Source: Octopus sinensis | Lineage: Eukaryota | Length of the DNA stretch: 64,000 bases | Direction of reading: 5' to 3' | Assembly (NCBI RefSeq): GCF_006345805.1 | Contig: NC_042997.1 | Location: 147,498,001-147,562,000 of the forward strand | Shown: positions 13,501-26,770 of the stretch, piece after piece | Layout: the number at the start of each line of letters is the position of its first letter | Position numbering within the stretch: the first letter of the stretch is position 1 | The notes under the pieces: model-generated | Seen by the model: only the letters and a program-made list of their open reading frames with translations | What the model was told of the DNA's origin: nothing | Databases searched by the model: none | Made by a program: the position numbers and the translations under genes

Positions 13501-14371
13501 TAGTCATGACAATAATAATAATCTTTTCTACCGGAAGCACAAGGCCTCAGATTTGGGGAAAGAAATTAAGTGGATTACATCGACCCCAGTGTGTAACTGC
13601 TACTTATTTAATCGACCCCAAAAGATGAAAGGTAAAGTCGACCTCAGTGGAATTTGAACTCAGAACGTAGTGGCAGAAGAAATAGCTATTTCGTTACTAC
13701 CCACAAGAGGCTAAACACACAGAGGACAAACAAGGACAGACAAACGGATTAAGTCGATTATATCGACCCCAATGCGCAACTGGTACTTATTTATTCGACC
13801 CCGAAAGGATGAAATGCAAAGTCGACCTCGGTGGAATTTGAACTCTGGACGTAGCGGCAGAAGAAATACCGCTAAGTATTTCGCTCGGCGTGCTAACGAT
13901 TCTGCTAGCTCGCCACCTTAATAATAATAATACTAACGATAATTTCTACTATAGGCACAAGGCTAGAAATTTTGGTGGGAAGGCATAGTCGATTACATCA
14001 ACTCCAGCGTTTCACTGGTAATTACCCCGAAAGGTAAAGTCGATTTCGGCGGGATTTGAACTCAGAACGTAGCGATGAGCAAAATACCGCTAAATATTTC
14101 GTCCAGCGAGCTAAGGATCCTACCAGCCCGCCACCTTGATGATGATGATGATGATGATGATCCTTTCTACTATAGGCACAAGGCCTGAAATTTTTGGGAG
14201 GTAGCCAGTCGATTAGAATGACACCAGAACGCAAATGGTTCTTACTTTATCGACCCCGAAAGGATGAAAGGCAAAATCGACTTTAAGGAATTTGAACTCA
14301 GAACGTAGTGACGAGCGAAATACTGCTAAACATTTCGTCCAGCGCGCTAACGATCCTGTCAGCTCGCTGCC
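12121..14371 (-). mobile_element. Tandem stack of 7 tRNA-derived SINE family A copies (approx. 12121-12317, 12381-12602, 13214-13428, 13521-13690, 13691-13918, 13941-14137, 14161-14371)
   Basis: Each copy carries all or part of GGCGGCGAGCTGGCAGAA...GAGTTCAAATTCCGCCGAGGTCGACTTTGCCTTTCATCCTTTCGGGGTCGATAAAATAAGTACCAG on the minus strand; copies are separated by (TAA)n, (TAC)n or (GAT)n tracts. Confidence 0.9.
12671..13190 (+). mobile_element. Internally deleted R4/Dong-type non-LTR element (5' UTR and N-terminus fused to C-terminus and 3' UTR) inserted in (TAA)n
   Basis: ATG 12824 MNNRIDTNNVVNEGGTTGGRLSPGRC... followed directly by EQAQKTALPGTATILRLVLGC* (12984-13049), which matches the QKxALLGTARILRxVL C-terminal motif of restriction-like-endonuclease LINEs; (AAT)n on both sides. 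Confidence 0.7.
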
Positions 14372-14408
<37 letters not shown>

Positions 14409-16889
14409 GAAGAAGAAGAAGAAGAAGAAGAAGGAGAAGAAAAAGAAGAACAAGAAAAAGAAGAACAACAGCTGTAATCGTAATAAAATAAGTAAATAGG
14501 CGCGGAATATATATATACACAAGCATGGAATATATTTTTCCGGATGGTGTAAACGCATACCAAAAATAAGTTATTTTGCAATTATACCGTGATCATATTC
14601 TAAGATATGCGAAGGTAAATATACTGGATTATGTTGTCAAGGACTATCAGGTAAAGAGGTGCCTTTTAATCGAATTATTAATCACATCAAACGATAAAAT
14701 GTTTCGAAAGAAAATGAACTTTTCTAAATGTATAGATATCTGGAAAGGGAGATAAATGCAATGTGGATATTGGAAATAGAAATAATCCCTATCACAATAA
14801 GTATTCGGGAAATGATTTAAATAAACTCGAACAAAATACAAAAATAATTTATACATGCAGAAAAGATAGAGAAAACTCCTTGTGATAAAGTCTGTAAGGT
14901 TAGGCCTCTTTCAGATCACCTAAATGGTAAATTTTGCCAATTTGTAGAACCAATAGGTAACTATTTCTCATTTGACTAAGCAATAGAGTTTTATTATGGG
15001 CATCATGGCATGAAACGGTTTATAAGAGGTAGGCCCATACGCTATGGTTTCAAGTTTTGGTGTCTTGATTTTCGTTGTAAAGACTTTGTAGAAACACTGT
15101 CAAAAAGTATTGTTTATCTATACGGTTTTGAGTAACCGAAGTCATTCTCGCTCTTTCAGTCCGATTGTAAACTCTCGGAGCGTTTTTCTCGTATCATGAA
15201 TCAGTCATATACACTCACCGTGTGGCTTTCGAGCTGTCTAATCTTAGAATCTGTACATCATATTTGAGAACACAGCGTCCTTCGGATCTGTAATAAACCG
15301 AGTGCCTCATGACTAATCTCTCAACAAGAATATCGTTACTGTTACCTTTCTACAACTGTTTTCTACATCAAACTCTGAGCAAAAATTAGCACATATAACA
15401 ACCATGATATACAAACAGATTGTTATCAAAGTCAACCAGAGTGCAACTTCGAAATAATTTGATCTGTTAGAAAGAATAGTCAAATCTACTTCAAAGTATA
15501 CCCCGATCTAGTAATAACAATGCGTTGGACAACGTAGTTCTAAACGAATTGTCTCAATGAAAGACGCACTAGAGACGGTTGGAGCATCGTTAGTCAGATG
15601 TCAGCTCGATCAAGACTGATGTGGGGTAAACAATACCAACATCCAGAATGATACGTGTACGCTTAAGCAATTCGTCCGTGAATTGAATAATCTACACATA
15701 AATAATACAGCATCGGCCTTGAGAAATAGTGTGAGTGGTACAGCAGAAACAGCCATGGCTATAGCAAGATATAACAAGATTACGAGACACAACGAAAGGA
15801 ATATTTGTAATTTCCATAATATAAATGATAAATATCTCTACTGTGGTATATTTTACATTTTCTGAAACAATACATCCTATTGTATGAGATTGACCGACTT
15901 GAGCTACTTTCAAATATACGTCAAAATGTAACAATAACATCGTAGTGAAGTTTCTCTAAATACATCTATTCACACAATAAACTCCTTAATGTAAAAGCTC
16001 TGTAGTATTCATATGAATCTCCACGCTTCTTAGAAATTAACAACGCAGAGATACTATAGAACTTTAGTACAGAATAATGATGTACCCCCTCCCCCCGCCA
16101 GATAACACAATGACATAAACGACAATAGTGTCTGGGTAATTGAAATACCAATACTGAATGACTATCGCGTTCGTTCAAAAGTAAGATGTAAAACCAAGGA
16201 ATTAAACTGACTTAGAAATTGAATAAAATTCATTATGTTGGAGATGTACTTGTTCTGAGAGCTTTATTGAAAAGGAATCTATTACATCGGAGAAAAATTA
16301 ATTTTTAACCATTTAAGAACGTATAAAATCTGCTGTGGGTTTTTTTGCGTCTAGTTATGTTAATAAATAAACAAAAAGATAACTTAAGAGCATTTGTATG
16401 CTCTTAACTCACTGAAACAGACTCTCATAATGCAAAAAACATGTAAGTAATGAAACTATCATTTCTTTTTTAAATGGTAAATCGCTCTTCAACACGAAAC
16501 AAGTCTGAAACTCAAAGACTTATACGCATTCAGTTTTAAAAAAGCAATTATGGATGACATTTATCTGCTTAGTAAGCATAAAATGCAATCGCGTGAGCCT
16601 CTGAAAGAGTGTCGTCAATCTAGAGGCCTGGTTCGAATGTTTATAATAAAGTGATCTCCTCTAAAGACACTCAGCATGTTGGGTGGAAAATATGTGTATC
16701 ACATAGACACCATGGCGAAAAGAGCAAAAACAAATACTACAAAACACATAGTCTAAATTTTTAAAAGTTTCATTATTACACTTTTTATTTACTCCAAAAA
16801 AATCATGAAAGGCAAAGTTTGGCAGAATTCGAACTCAGTGAGTTGGAACAAACATCACGAGGCATTCTATTTGACGTTATAACAGTTCC

Positions 16890-17220
16890 TCGTGAGGGCG
16901 CGTGGCTTAGTGGTTAGGGCATTCGGCTCATGATCGTAAGGTTGTGAGTTCGATTCCCGGCGACGCGTTGTGTCCTTGAGCAAGACACTTTATTTCACGT
17001 TGCTCCAGTCCACTCAGCTGGCAAAAATGAGTTGTACTTGTATTTCAAAGGGTCAGCCTTGTCACTCTCTGTGTCACGCTGATTATCCCGGAGAACTACG
17101 TTAAGGGTACACGTGTCTGTGGAATGCTCAGCCATTTGCACGTTAATTTCACGAGCAAGCTGTTCCGTTGATCGTATCAGCTGGGACCCTCGTCGTCGTA
17201 ACCGGCGGAGTCTTTAAAGG
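16890..17220 (+). mobile_element. tRNA-derived SINE family C with 11-bp target-site duplication
   Basis: A-box TGGCTTAGTGG, B-box GAGTTCGATTCC, core GTGTCCTTGAGCAAGACAC; TSD ATAACAGTTCC at 16879-16889 and 17221-17231. Confidence 0.9.
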
Positions 17221-17658
17221 ATAACAGTTCCATCAATCATCCACTTCTGTCACTCAACACCTTTCCTACTCACAAGAAAAACTGCTGTACTTGTTTACAA
17301 TACCATCTATAAAGCCATCAGCAAGTTGCCTGTATATACTTATAAGTACCTTCCAGATGATAACAACACTGACTTTTGAGGTGACGTTAAAACAATTTAA
17401 CTTGACTGTTTGTTTATCAAGAGCTGAAAGGATCAGAGAGGCTTATTTATAAACATCACAATAGCTTCTCTTCTTGCTGTTTGATATTCTCTTCTGCCTC
17501 TATTCTTCCAATATTTCCAAGTCTGTTTCGTAGATTTATGTAGCTCTAATCACACAACTAGCCCTCCTACAAGTTACCTTGCATGAAGCTCGGTTTTGTA
17601 CTGTGAAAACTAAACGACTCATAAAAGAACATCCGTGAATGTCACAAAGAAACTAACC

Positions 17659-17930
17659 AAGTACAAAGTCCTGACGATCGAAATCAATCGGATATGTAGA
17701 ATGAAAATAATACAATTGATCATTGGAGCTCTATGAATCGTAAAATAGAGAATGAAAAAGTTCACCAATACAGCCTTCTAAAACATCGATATCTACGCTG
17801 TCTAGAAGATTGTCCAACTGGGAAACTGTCTAAATACTATTACGTTGATAATCAAGAAGCCTTTTCCTTGTAACGCCTTAGGCTCATAGTATGGACCCTA
17901 GCAAGGATAAAAAAAGAACAACAATAATTG
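17659..17930 (+). mobile_element. 3' fragment of an R2/R4-type (restriction-like endonuclease) LINE
   Basis: Translates KYKVLTIEINRICRMKIIQLIIGAL*IVK...KIVQLG, matching the KYxDLxxEIxRMW...P(I/V)VIGALG REL-domain signature, followed by a 3' UTR-like segment. Confidence 0.7.
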
Positions 17931-20900
17931 TAACAGACATAAAACTAAACATGCTAGTGGATTATAGTTGGTTAAATTGACCTGTGGGGGATTTAATTTT
18001 GTAACAGTTATGTCTGCCGTTTTTAAGATTCTAATTTTTATAGAATGTAACAACAAAATCGATTATCGTATAATAATGATATCAGGCTCTATAGTCAATG
18101 CCACATACACAGTGTCAAGGGTATAATCGATGTGCATGATCCCATATAATACTTAAATGAAAATTATTTTACTGACTCCGGAACGATGACGGACAAAGTT
18201 TATATCCGCCTGATTTGAACATAAATCGCAGAGACTTAAACAGATCATCACAATAGGTATTTGTCCTCCGATCTACCGACTCTTCTTGTAGCTCAGCTCG
18301 CTATATGTTTATAGAAGAGCTTCAATGTGAAAATGTAAGATGCGTTCAAGCTAATTCTTATTAATTTAATCTATAGTTCTGTAACATGGAAATTTATCTT
18401 TAACTATGTTATCTTATATCTCGCTGTTCAGCTATTATATCAGTTGGAAAATTGAACAAAAAGAACAAAAGCAGATAAATGTTCTTTTATATCTAATATG
18501 ATGCTTGCGCATCACTCTGATTATTTTCCTTATTTCATTTTCTACAATAGTAAAATGGACTATAAAAAATATATATAAAATATGGAAAAATTTCTTGTGC
18601 AAAAGTGATTGTATCAGAAACAGCATATACAATGGCGTATGATATCTATATTTATAACAATGGAGAAATCGATAAATAAAGTTAAGCTAAGACTAACTTT
18701 TTTTTCAAAATCCAAATATCTATGGGGCGGGTATTTATCTCTGGATTTCGTTGCAGCTGTCAAATAGATCTCTTCATGGATAAAGATATTGCTTTGTCGT
18801 AGGCAACTTTCCTGCCGGATAAATTGAACTCAACTTTGCAAAGACAACGTGTCACTCATCAATTCAACATTGTGTATAGCATAACAGTAGTACTACTATT
18901 AAAGAGTTCGTTTCACGATGAATTCTTTCTGAGTTTGGTAACGTGGCGAGGTGGTAAGTATCCTTTTGTTTAACCTGGTGTTGACTAATACTATGTATTA
19001 TTTCATTCAGCAAACAGAAAGTGTAAAGCTATCGTACACACACACACACACAAGAAAAAACACATATCACACGCACAAGAGTATATCACACACACATGAA
19101 TTTTGTGATTAAGAATGAGGGAGTACTTAATATATGTTATTAAGGGTATAGTTTACTTAAACCGAAATCTTTTCTCATGAAGCAAGTTTCACGCCACAGA
19201 TGTCATCAGGGCAACTTTTATTAAGCAAACTTATGATCATAGTTATTCTAGGTATGACCAACTCATTTTCGAGGCTTAAATTGGATTGCAATAATATGAT
19301 CCGTCTTATAGAAGACGCCAGAGTTCCTGCTCTTTTCATTGCGACGGCTAACGCTGCAGGCTTTACTGAAAGCAAGCTGTATTGACGTGTTTTTCTCTAA
19401 GGCAAATCGATGGTGTGTAAAAGGAGAGACAGGCTTCCATGTATTGGAAACTATTTTCTTCCATAAAAAAACTCAAGCCTATTAGAGAGAAACTATCCAA
19501 GTGTAGATCTATAAATTCGGAGGTACCTGAGTAGTTCAGCAAATAAAATAGAAATCGATAAAATAACCGTTGAAGGTAGTTGATCTCTAATAACCGAAAA
19601 AGTGTAAATATAAAAGAACGCCGTCGTATGGTACACACTTCGAACCAGATGGAATTGACTGTTTGGCGTTAAGCCTATCGTATTATCGTCTCATTTTTGA
19701 GACGATAATACTATAGGAAGCTCAAAACATTTTGCCATGTGTGATAGTCATTTGACTCGGTCATTTATACTCTCTAAAAGATGTTATATATATGTGAGTT
19801 TAGATAACTTAATCCTATCGTATTTCTACATAACAGAAACTACTTTGTTTAGTTGCTATATTCCAGTCGTTGTCCTTGTTTATTTCCAGATCAGATCTGA
19901 TTGAGGCATGCTGGGATGAAAAGCGTTTTATACACTTAGTGTATCTAGGACTGCATTGTCCAATGTATCACGTTTTTGTTAAGACACCGGGGTACGCTGT
20001 AATGCTACTTCCAGCAGATCGTGTTACCGCGAACAACATACCTCGTTGCTTTTCTACTATATTCCATGAATCATATGAAGAAGGAAGTTCTGACATTTAA
20101 ACTTATTTTAAACGTAGGTAGTGGATCTCTGATAAGGCTGGGTGTACTTTTGAAACTCAAACAAGCCTTGCTTGGAGTTTTCCTACTAATCTGAGTCATT
20201 CTCTGCATATAACCTGTAATATTATGAATAATAACTTTTGAGTAATAAATGTTATGTTCAGTGTTTTTAATATTTTTTCTTTTCTATTGGGCGATAATGT
20301 AATCAAAAAGCTTGTAATATCTATTGAGTTATGTGTCATAAATGTTGAATTTTATAGAATTATAATCATATATGCTATGATATTTTTTACGATTGCTGCC
20401 ATTTTTATGTGTACATTTTGCAGTAATTCTTATATAAACTTGTATTGTTATCTGTTATATTCTGGCAAGCACTAATTTATTTGTTAACATCGTATTATAT
20501 TTGATTTGAAATTCAAAACATGTCGGTGTCACACGTTACGAAATTACGGATCAGTTAAGTTAGATTACAAGTTCTCAAAAATGGTTTACTCTGGAGTGAG
20601 TGAAAGAATAATTGCATTTCTTGTAACATAAATCTTATATATCTCAAACACGAGACAACGAGAGGAACGTCTATGTAGTCAATCCACCTAGTAGAAATAT
20701 CAACTAGCTCTCCTTGAAATATTTTCTTTAACGTCTTTAAACAGAAATAAAATTAAAATAATGAAAGCCAAGCAGCAGCAACATTTTACACGAAATGAAC
20801 GGGCGTTAAGAGTTACTCGACTTACTATAAATAGTAGCAAAATGTCTCTCAAAATCACACACTTATATAAAGGAGGACGCATTGTGTAATGTATCCTAGA

Positions 20901-23772
20901 TCCACTGGCAGAAAGAAGACGTACGATAACAATTGAAATGTTTTTGTAATGTTTGATTAATATTAACATAGGGCTAAACATCCATGATCAAATGAGATCC
21001 GCATGATTGTCAACGTATTGAATCTCCTTTAAGGATATTCTACTGTAAAATGGACCGGTCCACAATCTTTAGGATGCTCTTAGGCTGTACAACTAACAAA
21101 AGATTTTGAGATGTAATTCTTGAATTCAAGTTCTATGACCAGTATAGACTTGATTTAACTTAGATTCAAGAAAATACGAATTATACAAGAGTGGGCCGCC
21201 GACCTAATATTTTATGGAATGATTCCATAAAAATCTTAGCTAATTATTTAATAAAATACTGTTCAACAACGAAGTATTTTTGTTTGAATCCCCAAATAAA
21301 CTCTTCTAGAATTATTTAATAAAGCAACATTTAAAAAGCTAAAACGATGTGATTTAAGAGTACATTTGTTTCTAGAATTCTCGGTTATCACACTACGATG
21401 CCGCCATCAGAAGAAAATCATACAAGATATTCCTAATTGTTCCATAGATCATTCTGTCTTAAGAATCCTATTTCATATGTGAGTTCCTTATTACCCACAC
21501 ATCAAAAAAGAAAACACTTCAATTTTGAACTGTAGATGACTTTCTACAAAGTAGAAACTTGGTCCCCATTAAAATAAATACTTATATATCTTTGGGGTAT
21601 CAGCTGATGCACATATAATTATTGTAAATGGAATTTCTTTAAAAAAAAGACAGAACAACTTTCAGCTAATTGTTAATCTCATGTTTGCGAAAACGCTACA
21701 ATCGCTAGCCACTCCACATGCCACAGCACCTTAAACAGATACTACAGCACTTCCTCCTCATCAAAATGAGCTATTTGTGAAACCTAAGATGCATTCATCA
21801 CGCCTACTTTTCTTTTCTCTTCTGTGTCTGACACCTAATCCAATACAAAACATTTTATCAATTTCTTCTTTTGCAGAAAAAACGTTTCTGTTGTATTGTT
21901 CCTCTGCATATGTTTTACCCAAAAGCAACTCACTGGAAAAGGTTTAAGTTGAACATTAATTGCATTGATCTCACCAGTTTAGGAAAACCTGATAAGGCTA
22001 TTGGCAATGGCCATCGTTGGTGGACAAAATAATAATAACAATAACAGTAAATATCTGGAAAACGTTCTATTTACCTGCAGGCATTATACAAACAATATGA
22101 AATTTATTTTCCGGTAATAATTACAATGCTGGGAAAAATTAGAACAATGAAAACCTTTTCAAATACATCGATATGGAAAGGGAAAGGAAAAGAGGAGATA
22201 AAGAGGAAGGAAGAAGGAAGGAGAAAGAAAACATAGCGAGTAAAAGGAAAAATTAGTTTGGTATTATGTTTTTGTTTTAGAGTTTTCATGATGAGTAATT
22301 TCCATTTTTCAAGGACCAGCATTTATTGAATTTTGGTTGGGGTTTTAGAAACTAGAAAAAGGCGTCTGAACTTCCCTTGTTCATGAATTTCCGAATAATA
22401 CTAATGGCGTTAATAATTAAAGCTGTTGCAACGGCAAACGTAAACTGCGCCAGAGATCCTGCATTCAAATAGAATAACATATCTACACAGCCGTAAGCAT
22501 TCCTCTGTTTAACACTGTGAAAAAGTAGTGTTGTCTTTTAGGTACAATTTCATAGAAAAAAACCCAATTGCATTATAACAAGTTACGAAGAACGATACAA
22601 AGCAACGATAGAGATTTCATACTGTTAGAAAAAGCAGTCAAGTCATCTCCCAAATCTCTATCTATTATCTTAGAAAAGAAGTTCGTGGCTGCTCCGTGAG
22701 CAATAAAATATGGGTGTGATGCATGCTTAGTACATATTTTATCATGTTACGATAGATGAAAAAGAAAGTTGAAGGGGCATAGTTTTAAATTGAAAACGGA
22801 AATTAAAATTTAACGCGATAAAGCGTTTTTCGACCAATATGCCGCCATGTGACTGTATTGCATTCAAATAACCTTTCGAATACAGAAGGAAAAATAGGAA
22901 ACTAATTTTGAGTAAAAAGTAAAAAGCAGAATGATACACATTATAATGATAGGAAAATAGAAAGTGTAGTGTTAATATTTTTAGTTAAATGTTAATGTAA
23001 ACGATGATTACGAGTATAATTAGTAGAGACAGTAAAATACATTTTGTGAATACACTAGACAACAAAGATTTTGCTACTGGGGTAAAAACATGTGTTTTAG
23101 GCTAAATCGAGGATGCTGGTTCCGAATCCATACTCAGAATTGTTCTAGCACTTTAGGAGTTTGAGTTATGCACATACGCAAGATTATAACTAAACTTTCG
23201 GTTAGATGTAGGCCGTATTATAAAATTTGCTAAAATGAAAGTGGTTACAATTCAAAATTAGGTAAATAAAAGCAATAAAACAAGCGGTGAGAAAATTCAT
23301 TATTTAGTTAGCAATAGATGGCGCTGATGTATTGTGTGCAAGCACCAAATACGTCAGTTTGTTCTTGGTAAGTCACAGTGTTGTCTGCGCTGCTGTCACA
23401 TGTGGTATTTGTATCCCTCGTTCTCCATGATTACCGTTTTAACTGTGTTCGTTGTATTAGATCTTGAATAGGAGAGGCTGTGTGAATCACTCAGACAACT
23501 TTTGCTATTTCTGTGGAAAATGTACTCCGCATAACCAGTGAAAGAACATTGTCACCAAATTAAAAACTGCCTGTAAATATTATTTCGGGTGTAAAGTTGG
23601 GGACCAAGACAAGAGGTGGGCAGCTCATATATGCTGTACCTTGCGTTGCTCAGGACTTGCACAGTGACTGAATGGAAACAGGAAGGGAATGCCATTTGCT
23701 GTACCAATAGTATGGCGTGAGCCAACCAATTATGTCTCTGATTGTTACTTTTGCATGACTAATATTAATGGT

Positions 23773-23925
23773 ATTTACATAATTTACATTTGACGGATAT
23801 TTGTCATCATCTTGTTTGTTGTTAACACATAGTTTCGGCTGGTATGCCCGCCAGCCTTCATCAGGTGTCTTGGGGGAAATTTCGAACCTGGGTTCTCTTT
23901 CCTAAGGTATTTTTCGATTTTGTTG

Positions 23926-23981
<56 letters not shown>

Positions 23982-24074
23982 ATTCAGGTCGCTGCTTGGA
24001 ATCAAACTCGGAATCTTGGGGTTAGTAGCCCGCGCTCTTAACCCCAAGATTCCAAGTTCAATTCTATGCAATGA

Positions 24075-24115
<41 letters not shown>

Positions 24116-24228
24116 TCGAAAAATACCCTAGGAATGAGAACCCAGGTTCGAAATTTCCCCAAGACACCTGATAACGGCTGGAGGGTATATCAGCCAAAAC
24201 GTTGTGTTAACAACAAAAATTATGAGGA
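23773..24228. repeat. Head-to-head inverted duplication of HHR-bearing family HH-A with tRNA-like head at the centre
   Basis: Perfect 15-bp central stem GGAATCTTGGGGTTA (24010-24024) / TAACCCCAAGATTCC (24039-24053) with a 14-nt loop; arms ~190-220 bp, each with an (ATT)n tract and a mutated HHR (23824-23869 minus; 24163-24208 plus). Confidence 0.9.
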
Positions 24229-25254
24229 TGGGACCCATTCTGAAAGGAGTTAATTACTCAGTTCATAAGTGGAATATCTGGTGATTTAAAGGTGATTTCA
24301 TTCCTCCTAGGACTGCAACTGGGATATACCAAAATATGTGCTTCTTCGGTGTTTGGAAGAGTCGGGACGACAGCAATCATTACACTGTAAAAGACTGGCC
24401 TAAAAGAGATGAGCGCATAGTTGGCAAAAGATCTTCCTTCCACCCCTTTACATCAAACTCGGCCTCATGAAAAACTTCGTTAGAGCAATGACGCATGATG
24501 ATTGTAGCTTCTGGTACCTAAAAGTAAAATTTGGTGTAGAGAAAAGTCACACAAAATTGAGAGCAGACATTTTCATTGGACTCGGGATCAGATAATTGAT
24601 GTCTGATACCAAAATCAGAGGTAAACTGAATCCAGTTGAGCTGACGGTATGGAAATCATTCATGTTAGTTGTACAGAACTTGGAAATTATAGAGCTGAAA
24701 ACTATGCAGATTTAATAGCGTATGAAGAATGGGATGCCGAATGTCCCTTAAAATGCACTTCTTGCATTCTCATCTCGATTTTGGTGCCGTTACTGATAAG
24801 CATGGTGGAAAGAGGACATATTTAAGATGGAAACGAGGTATCAAGGCCGGTTAAATCCAGACATGGTGGGTGACTACTGCTGGTTCCTACAACGGGAAAC
24901 CAACACGACGCATAAACGCAAGAAGAAGTGTCGCAAACATTTCTGAGCTGAGCATATAAAAAATAAAGTGAGTTTTCCGTCAAGGTTTAGCCATTATATT
25001 ATATTAGTACTTGACTTGAACGTAAATATACTATATACAGTATTAATATACTATATACAGTATAATAATTATTTACCTTGAACCTATCTGTCCCTGAGAC
25101 TAATATAGTATTTATATATAATTATGCGCATAACTCAAAATCCTGTCGGGCTACTGCAATTCTGAATTCAGATTCGAAATTAGCTTACTCAATTTAGTTT
25201 AGTACACCACCATTTGTTTTGGTAGCAGACATCAGGTTTTTTTGTTAGTCAGTG
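24229..25254 (+). mobile_element. Chapaev3-type (CMC) DNA transposon, 3' portion, decayed
   Basis: Frameshifted peptides GDLKVISFLLGLQLGYTK, LHIKLGLMKNFVRAM, MSLKMHFLHSHLDF, GAVTDKHG, METRYQGRLNPDMVGDYCWFLQRE; the end reads ...TTAGTCAGTG (CAGTG terminus 25250-25254). Superfamily assignment is from motif recall. Confidence 0.75.
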
Positions 25255-25789
25255 TAAGTTGTCAATAACACATATTAACGTGAAGACAATACTTTTATGT
25301 TCTTAGATTATAAACGTCCACCGTCTTTACTATAAAAAAGAATTTTGCATAAATAATTAATACAAGTCACCAATACATGACAACAATAATGGTTGGTTTG
25401 GCAAGAAGTCCGCCTGGACGTATGAGATCGACGAGGGTGAGAGTCCTTTTGAATTAGTGCTTGATGATGATGGCTCCTGATTGATTATACATGGGTAAGG
25501 AAGGGCTTACAGAAGCGAAGTATTTTGGTGATGAAATGAGCAGTGTCGAGTGAGCTGAGGAAGCTGAGGAAGATGGGAGCTGGTTCAGCAGAATAGATTC
25601 TCCTATAGTGGTGACATAAATAAAGGGAAGAGAACATGTTGTATATGTATAAGAAATGGATTTCCTAAAATTGCAATTTTCATGCTGAAATATAATTTGC
25701 AAGAATGAGGCCTAAGGTATTTTGCAGAAGACACAGGCACATTTTTATGTATTTATACATATGTGTGTGCATGTATGAATGTCTGTAAA

Positions 25790-25832
25790 TGTAGCTGTAC
25801 ATATATACATATATATATATATATATATTCAC

Positions 25833-25875
<43 letters not shown>

Positions 25876-25923
25876 CATAATATATATATATATACACACA
25901 CATATATATATATATATATACAC

Positions 25924-25974
<51 letters not shown>

Positions 25975-26173
25975 CATACATATATATATATACATATATA
26001 TAAATATATACATACATATATATATATATACATATATATAAATATATACATACATATATATATACACACACATATATATATATACATATATATATACACA
26101 CATATATATACATATATATATATATATACACACATATATATACATGCATATATACATATATATATATATACAC

Positions 26174-26235
<62 letters not shown>

Positions 26236-26476
26236 ATACATACATATATATATATATATACACATACATACATATATATATACACATACATACATATATA
26301 TATATATATATACACACATACATATATATATATATACATACATATATATATATATACACATACATACATATATATATATATATACACACACATATATATA
26401 TATATATATACACATACATACATATATATATACATATATATATATATACATACATACATATATATATACATACATA

Positions 26477-26514
<38 letters not shown>

Positions 26515-26516
26515 CA

Positions 26517-26548
<32 letters not shown>

Positions 26549-26658
26549 CATATATATATACATATACATATATACATACATATATATACATACATACATA
26601 TATATATATACATACATACATACATATATACATACATATATATACATACATACATATA

Positions 26659-26704
<46 letters not shown>

Positions 26705-26770
26705 CATATATATACATATATATATACATACATATATATATATATAGATAAATGTAATACACATACACAC
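25790..26770. repeat. ~1 kb compound (TA)/(CA)/(TACA) microsatellite
   Basis: Direct; it explains the 260-390 aa YI/MCV-repeat ORFs. Confidence 0.95.

Noticed and set aside
15610-15865. Signal-peptide-like minus ORF (LCLVILLYLAIAMAVSAVP) and overlapping plus ORF
   Set aside because: No in-frame ATG before the hydrophobic stretch, no convincing splice sites, and no recognisable homology; hydrophobicity is expected from T-rich strands.
19175-19385. Overlapping 61-66 aa ORFs on both strands; short similarity to 22420-22462
   Set aside because: No recognisable domain; the two shared 15-mers are in swapped order and may be chance. The CTGATGA..GAAA at 19185-19210 (minus) lacks stem II pairing.
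22742-22890. Further candidate phase-1 terminal exon (GYLNAIQSHGG...)
   Set aside because: Weak acceptor and no homology; indistinguishable from chance.
23311-23325. CTCF-like motif GCAATAGATGGCGCT
   Set aside because: Single imperfect match lying in what looks like a transposon subterminal region; cannot be supported from sequence alone.
25380-25620. GC-richer segment with Ser-rich (minus) or acidic (plus) frames
   Set aside because: Stops interrupt every frame, and exon phases do not join neighbouring candidates consistently.
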